NCBI RefSeq assembly: GCF_036321535.1
Contig: NC_087437.1
Location: 66,466,001 to 66,530,000 of the forward strand
From: Camelus dromedarius
Lineage: Eukaryota
Length of the DNA: 64,000 nt
Direction: 5' to 3'
A model generated the notes under the pieces. The model was not told the origin of the DNA and ran no database searches. It saw only the letters and a program-made list of their open reading frames with translations. How positions within the stretch are numbered: position 1 is the stretch's first letter; each line of letters begins with the position of its first letter. The position numbers and the translations under genes were made by a program. Shown one piece after another: positions 54,698 through 64,000 of this stretch.

Positions 54698-55361
54698 AGA
54701 GAACCAGTCAGAACTGAAGAATACAATAGCTGAAATGAAAAACACACTAGAAGGAATGACTAGCAGACTTGATGATACAGAAGAATGCCCAAGTGATCTG
54801 GAAGACAGAATAATGGAAATAACCCAGTTGGAACAGCAGAAGAAAAACAAACAAAAATATGAGAACAGTTTAATGGATCTACTGAACAACATGAAAGACA
54901 CTAACATTTGCATTGTATTCTCAGAAGGAGAAGAGAGAGAGAAGGAGATCAAAACTGTATTTGATGAAATTATGGCTGAAAATTTCCAAACCTGAAGAAG
55001 GAAACATATCCAGGTACAAGAAGCACAGACTATCCCAAACAAGATGAAAGGTTAAAAGACAAAAATTATAAAAGCAACTATAACTAAAATGAACAGTGAA
55101 GGGATGTAAAATACGACATCAAAACCACAAAATGTGGGTGAAGGGAGTAAAAAAGATAGATCTTTCAAAATATGTTTGAATTTAAATGACTACCAGTTTA
55201 AAACAAGTAGATTTAGTTACAGGTCAACATACATGAACCCCATAATAATCACATATCAAAAGTGAACCATAGAAACACAAAAACTAGAAAGAAAGGAATA
55301 CAAACACACTACTAAAGAAAATCATCACACTGCAAGGGAAGAAGCAAAAAGAAGAAGAAAC

Positions 55362-55425
55362 GGGGAGCAGGAGAAATAGCTCAGCTCCTGGGTTCAATCC
55401 CCAGTACGTTGATTGAAAAAAAAAG
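55362..55425 (+). mobile_element. Internally deleted tRNA-derived SINE (same family as 44771-44870)
   Basis: ATAGCTCAG joined to TCCTGGGTTCAATCCCCAGTAC plus A tail; flanked by aagaagaaa repeats. Confidence 0.7.
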
Positions 55426-56892
55426 AAGAAATGAACAGAGGAAAACTACAACCCCCCACCTCAGGAAAGAAAAATAAAATGGCATTAAGTACATAACTAT
55501 CAAAAATTACTTTAGTCAATGGACTCAATGCTCCAATCAAAAGACGTGGGTAAAAAAAACAGGACCCATCTATATGCTCCTTAGAAGAGATTTACTTCAC
55601 AGCTAAAGACACACACAGACTGAAAGTGAGGGAATGGAGAAAGATATTTCATGCAAATGGAAATGACAAGAAAGCTGGGGTAGCAATACTCATATCACAA
55701 AATAAACTTTATAACAAAAGACAAAAGAGACATTATGTAATAATAAATGGATCAATAATGAAGAGAATATTATTCTTGTTAACATATACGCATCTAGTAC
55801 ACGACCATTTAAATATATAAATCAAATATTAATAGATATAAAGGGAGAATTTGACCAAAAAAAAATAGTAAAGGACTTTACACCTGACTTATATCAATGG
55901 ACAGTTCATCCAGACAATATCAATAAGGCAACAGTAGTCATAAACTATACAATAAAGTAGTAGGACTTACTGGATATCTATAGAACATTCCATCCAAAAA
56001 CAACAAAACACACATTTTTTAAGTGCACATGGAACGTTCTCCAGGATAAATCACATGCTAGGCCACAAATTTAACAGAATAGAAACTGTATCAAGCATTT
56101 TTTTCCAATTAGAACTAAAAATCAATTACAGCAAGAAAAATGAAAAAAGTACCAACACATGGAGACTAAACAACATTTTACTAAAAAACCAATTGGTCAA
56201 GGAAGAAATCAAAAAGGAAATCAGAAAATACCTTGAGACAAATACAAAGGGAAACACAACTTTCCAAAATATATGGGATGCAGCAAAAGCAGTCCTAGGA
56301 GAAAAGTTTATATTGATTCGGGCCTACCTCAAGAAACAAGAAGAATCTCAAATAAACAACTTAACCTTCCATCTAAAGGAATTAGAAAAAGAATAACAAA
56401 CCAACCAAAGTCAGAAGAAGACAGAAAATAATAAAGATCAGAGAGGAAATAAATAAAATAGGGAACAAATAAACAATAGAAAAGATGAATGAAACCAAGG
56501 GCTGGTTTTTGAAAAGATAAACAACCGTTATATGCCAACAAATTGGACAACCTAGAAGAAATGGACAAACTTCCAGAAACATACAAACTTCCAAGACTCA
56601 GTCAGGAAGAAACAGACAATCTGAACAGACAGAGCACTAGTACTGATCTTGAATTTGTAATTACAAAAAACTCCCAGCAAACAAAAGTCCTGAACCAGAT
56701 GGCCTCATGGGGAATTCTACCAAAAATACAAAAAAGAGCTAATATACATCCTTCTCAAACTTTTCCAAAAAAATTGAAGAGGATGGAATCCTCCCAAATC
56801 CATTCTACAAAGCTACCATTACACTCTGATACCAAAAGCAGACAAAGATACTACAAAAAAGAAAATTACAGGCCAGTATCTCTGGTGAATAT

Positions 56893-56930
56893 GTGACAGG
56901 TGGGGATACTCATCACTATACTAACAAGGA
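56893..56930 (-). pseudogene. Tailless 5'-half tRNA-Asp(GTC) retropseudogene
   Basis: Reverse complement TCCTTGTTAGTATAGTGATGAGTATCCCCACCTGTCAC matches the recalled tRNA-Asp 5' end TCCTCGTTAGTATAGTGGTGAGTATCCCCGCCTGTCAC at 35/38. Confidence 0.85.
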
Positions 56931-57618
56931 TGAAGAATATAGATACAAAAATCCTCAACAAAATATTATCAAGCCAAATCCAATAACATACAAAAAGGAT
57001 CATATACCATGATGAAATGGGATTTATTTGAGGGATGTGGGGATGGTTTAAGACTCACAAATTAATCAATATGATACACCACATTAACAAAAGGAGAGAC
57101 AAAAATCACACGATCATCTCAACAGATGAAGAAAAAAGCATTTGACACAATTCAAAATCCATTCAGGATAAAAAATTTCATCAACATTGGTATAGAGGAA
57201 ACAAAGGCCATTTATGACAAACCTATAGCTGATGTCATATTCAATGGTGAAAAATTGAAAGCGTTTCCTCTAAAATCAGGAAGAAGACAAGAATGCTCAC
57301 TCTTGCCACATCTATTTAACATAGTGTTTGAAGTCCTAGTAAGAGCAATCAGACAAGGAAAAAGGGGAAAAGGCATCCAAATTGGAAAGGAAGAAGTAAA
57401 ACTGTCACTATTTGCACATGACATGATACTATATATAGAAAACCTTGAAGTCCCCCACCAAGAAAAAACAACAACTATTAGAACTAATAAGTAAATTCAG
57501 TAAAGTTATAGGATACAAGATTAATATACAGAAATCTGTTGCTTTTCTACTACACTAATAATAAACTATCATAAGGAGAAAGTAAGGAAACAATCCTGTT
57601 TAAAATCATATCGAAAAG

Positions 57619-60600
57619 AGGATTTCTGGTCAAGACAGCAGAGTATCAGGACCACAAGCTCGCCTCTCCTAGTGACTACAACAAAACCACAGTGACTGCT
57701 AAACAATCATCCAAAAAAAAAAAAAAAAAAAAAAAAGACTGGAACCTAGCCAAAAAGATCTTCTTTAACTGGAAACATAAAGAGGAAACCACAGCAGGAT
57801 GTCAGGAGGGGATGCCTTTTCCCAAATTGAAATGCAAAGAGAGAGAGAAGAAAAAACAAACAAACAAAAAAACAGAATGAAACATCCCAAAACTGTGAGA
57901 CAATATAAAAAAGTACAATATATGTAATTGGAATACCAGATGGAGAAGTGAGAATGCAGTAAAAGAAATATTTAAAGTAATAATAGCTGAAAACTTCCCA
58001 AAATTGAAGACGAACACCAAACCACAGATCCAGAATGCTTAGAGAACACCAAGCAAGATATATACCTTAAAAAAAAAAAAAGCCTCAGGCATATAATATT
58101 TAAAGAAAAGCAAAGATAAAGAGAAAAATCTGAAAGAATCTAGAAGAAAAACATACCTTAACTATAGAGGAACAAAGATAAGAATTACAGTGGACTTCTA
58201 GTCAGAAACCACACATGCAAGAAGAGAGATAAAATCTTAGAAGTGCTGAAAGAAAAAAACCACCTACCTTGAATTCTTTATCTAGTAAAATCATTATTCA
58301 CAAGTGAAAAGATCAAAATTTAAAACTTTGTGTTTCAAGGGACACTATCAAGAAAGCAAAAAGACATCCCACTGAATAGAAGAATACTTTTCAAATCATG
58401 TATCTGATAAGCGTCTAGTCTCCAGAATATACACAGAATTCTTACGACTCAACAATAAAGACATTAAAAATAATGTCTATAATAAATAAAAAGAAACCCA
58501 GTTTAAAAATAAGCAACGTACCTGAATAGACATTTTTCCAAAAAAGAATTGGTTATACAAATAATCAATTGGCACATGAAAAGATGCTAAAACTCATTAA
58601 TTATTAGACAAATGCAAATCAAAACCACAATTATACACCACCTGATACATTAGAATGGGTATAATAAAAAAGATGAAAAATAACAAGAGATGACAAAGTT
58701 GTGGAAAAATTGGAACACTCATACATTGCTGGTGGGAATGTAAAATAGTACAGCCATTTTTAACAGTCTGGCAGTTTCTCAAAAAGTATAATATAGAGTT
58801 ACCATGTAACACAGAAATCACTCCTCGGTATAGACTCAAGAGAACTGGAAAATACATCCATACAAAAATGCATACATGAAGGTGCCTATTAGCATTATTT
58901 ATACAAAAGTAGACAAAAAGAAACAACTCAAGTTTCCATCAACTGATGAGTCAATAAACAAAATATGGTATAGCCACACAGTGGAATATTATGCAACCAT
59001 AAAAGTAGGGAAGTACCGAGACATGCTAGAACATGGATGAACTTTGAAAACATTAACCTGAGTGACAGAAGTCAAACACAAAAGGCTATATGTTGTATGA
59101 TTCCATTTATATGAAATATACAGAATAGGCAAATCCATAGAAAGAAAGTAAATTAGTGGTTGCCAGACAGTGGGCGGAAGAGGGTAATTGGGAAGAGGGT
59201 AAGATGGCTAATGGGTATGGAGTTTCCTTTTAGGATGATGAGAATGTTCGGGAATTAGACAGTGTTGATAGTCGAACAATCTTGTGAGTACACCGAAAAC
59301 AACCGAATTACATACTTCATAAGGGTTAATTTTATGGTATGTGAATTACATTTCAAAAAAAAAAAAAAAAAGAGGAGAAGTAAAGACTTCCTGAGACAAT
59401 AAAAAACTGAATGAGTTCACTTCCAGCAGACCTGCCCTGCAATAAATGGCAAAACAAGTGCTTCAGGCAGGAGAAAATGATATAGGTCAGAAACTTGGAT
59501 CTATAAAAGAAAGGAAGAGTGGAAGAGATGGGAAAGAAAGGTTAAATAAAATTATTTTTTATTTTTAATTGATCTAAAAGATAACTATTAAAGCAATAAT
59601 AGGAAAAATGTATCAGACGATTATAGCACATCAGTCAGTGAAATGAATGACAGCAATGTCACGGGGAGGAACTGGGTATAATCCATCATAAAGTACCTGC
59701 ACTACATGAGAAGTTACAGTATTATTTGGAAGTGGACTTAGATTATTTTATGTATAAAATCATATACCAGTTCATAAAGCAAGCCTCACTAAATTTCAAA
59801 AAATAGGTATCATACAGGCTAGGGACCCTGACCATAGAGCAATTAAGAAATTAACTAGAAAATGACTTAAAATCCCTGCATATTTGGAAATTTTAAAACA
59901 CACTGTCAAATACTCAGGGGTTCAAAAATCAAAAGGAATGTTTTTAAAAATTAGATATTACATAATATGGCAAACTATATAATAATGACAAACTATATAT
60001 CAAAACTAATGGAATGTACCAAAATCAGTGTTTTGAAAGAAATGTTTAAGTACTTATGTAAAACTGATGAGTAACTGAAAATTAATGAGCTACATGTGTA
60101 CTTTAAGTTAGGAAAAGAACTACAAAACAAACCTAAAGAAAATAGAAAGATACAATAAATATGAGTGGGAATTAATGCAACTGAAAAAAATATATATAAT
60201 AGAGAAAATCAGCAAACTCAAAAGTTCATTGTTTGGGAAAAAAACCAAGAAAATAAACAAGCCTCCAGTAAAACTGATTAAGGAAAAAAAGAGTTAAAAG
60301 CGCAAATAAATAATGTTATGAATGAAAAGAGTAGGCATGATTATAGATAAAACAAACACTAAAAAGATTTTAAAGTAATACTATCAACAACCATACGCAA
60401 AAAAAAATCGAAAAGTTAGGTGAAACTAAATTTGTAAAGAAAACACAATTTTTAAAAATACAATTTGTCAAAACAATGCAGAAAGTTCTGTAAGTTGTAA
60501 GGACATTGCAGGAGTGCTTAAAATTTTTCCCATGAAGAAAACATCAGTCTCAGATAATTTTATACTAATATTCTACCAAACTGAAGAAATAGAACATCTC

Positions 60601-61200
60601 AAACACATTTAAGCTCAGAAAGAAGGACTACTCCCCAGTTCATTTCAGAAGACTTGCATAACTCTGACACCACCACCACATATAGTCAAACCGAGAAAGA
60701 AAAAGAAGGCCATTTCACTCATGAATGTAGACTCAAAATTCTGAACATCTTTGTAAATCAAATTCCACAATGTATTAAAACAATGTACCCTGGCCAAATT
60801 ATGTTCATACTAAATATGCAAGGATAGATTAATAGTTGTAAAAAACTATAAATGTTCCTTATTACAATAATAATTTTTAAAAGAAAAATATAATTATCTT
60901 AATAGATGCAGGCAAAACATTTGATAAAATTCAACACAAACACATGATTAAAACCTTCAATAAATTAGGAATAGAAGGGAACTTCCATACCCTATCAAAT
61001 AAATATAACTGCAAAAAAATCTTACAGAAAGTGAGAAAATGATGAACACAGAATTCAGAATAGGTACATGGAGACGGGGGGACGAGGATGAGGTGGGAAA
61101 GAACCGCACAGATACACGTAAATTATTGTCAAAGTCCTAATTTTTGTCTTGCATGTGGGCTCCCATGGATCCTTATAATGTTACTAAAACTAAATGAACA
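57619..61200 (+). mobile_element. Stack of L1 pieces: short L1 5' end (about 57620-57815), old ORF1, nested L1MB-like 3' end (about 58310-59372), then old ORF1/ORF2 remnants
   Basis: L1 motifs throughout; poly(A) at 59355-59371 followed by resumed ORF1-like sequence (CAGCAGACCTGCCCTGC). Confidence 0.75.
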
Positions 61201-61235
61201 AACATGCTGGACCAGTGATGAGGGTATGTCATCAA

Positions 61236-61413
61236 CCAGTGGTCTCAAAATGGGTTTCCTGCAGCATCAGCATCACCCAGAAAATTGCAAAAAAATGCAA
61301 ATACTCCAGCCCCACCCCTACTGGATCAGAAACTTTGTGGGTAGGACCCAGCAACTGGTGTTTTAAACAGCCCTCCAGGTGGTTCTGACGCAGGCTAAGG
61401 ACTGAGCATCACT
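61236..61413. mobile_element. MER5A DNA transposon
   Basis: CAGTGGTCTCAAA...GCAGCATCAGCATCACC...TGGATCAGAAACT...CCCTCCAGGTGGTTCTGA. Confidence 0.8.
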
Positions 61414-62021
61414 ATCATAAACCACAGATTTTAAAGTCTGTACACCTGTAGTCCAGTTAACAAAAGAGAAATCCTAGCTAGCGGATGACGCTGTGGAGTT
61501 GGACATGGGGATGACCATCAGACTTGCCCATTTAGCTGAGTTTAAACTAGATGAGAGGGGAGCTGAACATGACTCCCTTTCTTCATGATGCTCTGGTAAC
61601 TAATCTAAAAGGGAGAAAATGAGGCCTATTACACTGTTAAAACCAAAAGTAATTCCTAACACTAGACACTTGCTACACCTCAATGTTGTGTCAAATTTTA
61701 TTGTGCAGATCCAAAGGCAGAACCATGTTTAGAAAGTAGCGTGAATTCTGCAAATGGGGAGAATAGCTTCCCAGAGGTTTTCCTATAATCTGAAGTGAAG
61801 GCAAGACAAAAAAAAAAAAACAAAAAACAAAACAAAAACCACTGACTCAGCACAGCAGAGGCAACCCGCCAGAAGAGAAAAGTGTAGAGAGGAAATGAAT
61901 GTAAGCTTGTTTGTTGAGAACTACTGGACATTGCTGCCCAAGATGAAGTGCAGTTTTGGGAGTGTAGTATTTCCCTGCAGAAAGTCCCACTAGAAGCATC
62001 TTGTCTTCCAGACAAGAATTA

Positions 62022-62258
<237 letters not shown>

Positions 62259-63011
62259 TCATTTAGAATTATTGATAAGGTGTACCTCATATAATTGAAT
62301 TGTCCCTGAAATACAAAGCAAATTTCTATATCATTAACTTATACTCTTGGTGTCTTAGATTATAAAAAAAGAAATGCATTCTAAAATGAAAACATTGCCC
62401 CACAAAAAAGTAATACATTCCACAATGATCAACAAAAAAAATTAGCGATCACATGATACATGGCAGCACCATTGTAAAGCAGATGTACACCAGATTATCA
62501 TTCTCTGCTCTGGAGATGGTCAGCCAGAGCTACAAGTTCAATGGTGTGACCGTAATCTTGGTCATATGATACTTAAACCTGTCAATTAAAATTTAAATAA
62601 TTTAAATAAGCCTCTCTTGGACTTTATAACAGATACAAACTTCTTCATCAATTTATCCCCTAGTTACCCATCCCCTTGCCCACTAGTTTCCTAGTATTTC
62701 TTCATAAAGGGCTGATTTCATTATATATTTCTTGTTTGCTTCAAAAACCTGATATAAAAGGTTTTTTGATTTCATTTTTGTATAACTTTGGTTATTAGTG
62801 ACATTAAACATGTTTAAATGTTTAGTAGCTTATTGACTTTACTCCTTGATAAACTGTTGTATAGGGTATCTGTATATTTACTTCGGTCTTAGCAGTTTTT
62901 ATTGGTTTCTATGAACTTATAATATTAATAATATTAAACATATAATTGCTATTATTGCAAGTATTTTATTAGTTTTTAATCTAAATGGCTATATTTTATA
63001 TGTTTAATTTA

Positions 63012-63377
<366 letters not shown>

Positions 63378-63469
63378 TCACCGCAGCCAGAACATAACAC
63401 TGAAAACAGATCTGTCATCTGTGTGGCCCAGGCTGTCATGGACAGGTGGGCATGACAGAAGCTGAATCA

Positions 63470-63679
<210 letters not shown>

Positions 63680-64000
63680 TCAAGGAAATGACAAAACATA
63701 CAGAAGTATACGGCCTCTCAAACAGGGCATTCTGCTAGAAAGGAAACACCTGCCACAAACAGGACCTTCCTTTGGGGCTGATATATTCGTGTATCTTAAA
63801 AGCCACTCTGGCCTAAGTGTGACAGATGAATTGGAGATCTGGGGGTGGCAACTCAGTGTGGAGTATCCATATCATAGGAATATGTTCAAATGTGGCTCTG
63901 GAGCACGAAGAAGAGATGCCAGGGAGACGGGGTGAGAAAGAACTCTCCGGGCAGATGGTCCTAAATGAACAGCAAAATGTGTGTGCACAGTTCCAGGTTG

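Larger units (their letters stand above)
53262..57618 (+). mobile_element. L1 with 5'UTR, decayed ORF1 and decayed ORF2 (endonuclease to reverse transcriptase), 3' truncated
   Basis: ORF1-like ORFs 54401..54583 and 54735..54995; ORF2-like ORFs starting at 55626, 56055, 56543 and 57126 (…[11 protein letters not shown], degenerate F/YADD). Confidence 0.92.

Overview
Mammalian, repeat-dense genomic DNA, probably from a camelid: a tRNA-derived Vic-1-like SINE lies at 44771-44870. The minus strand carries two genes in the order known from human. First, the last 10 coding exons of CFAP91 (MAATS1/C3orf15) run from 63677 to the stop at 32988. I spliced them by hand into one open frame; one intron has a GC donor and the stop lies 1 nt before another donor. 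Second, about 24 kb further along the minus strand are the promoter, non-coding exon 1a and a degenerate exon-1b homolog of NR1I2 (PXR), whose intron 1 runs off the left edge. The rest is mostly L1s, ERV1-type and MaLR LTRs, MIR/L2 and DNA transposons (Tigger2-type, Cheshire/MER58, MER5). I found no convincing new gene or multi-component system. The most unusual items are small retroposition fossils: a tailless 5' half of tRNA-Asp inside L1 ORF2, a polyadenylated LTR-like fragment inside L1 ORF1, and insertions in and near the PXR promoter. Gene and repeat-family names come from recalled sequence similarity, not database searches. Repeat boundaries are approximate unless target-site duplications (TSDs) are given.
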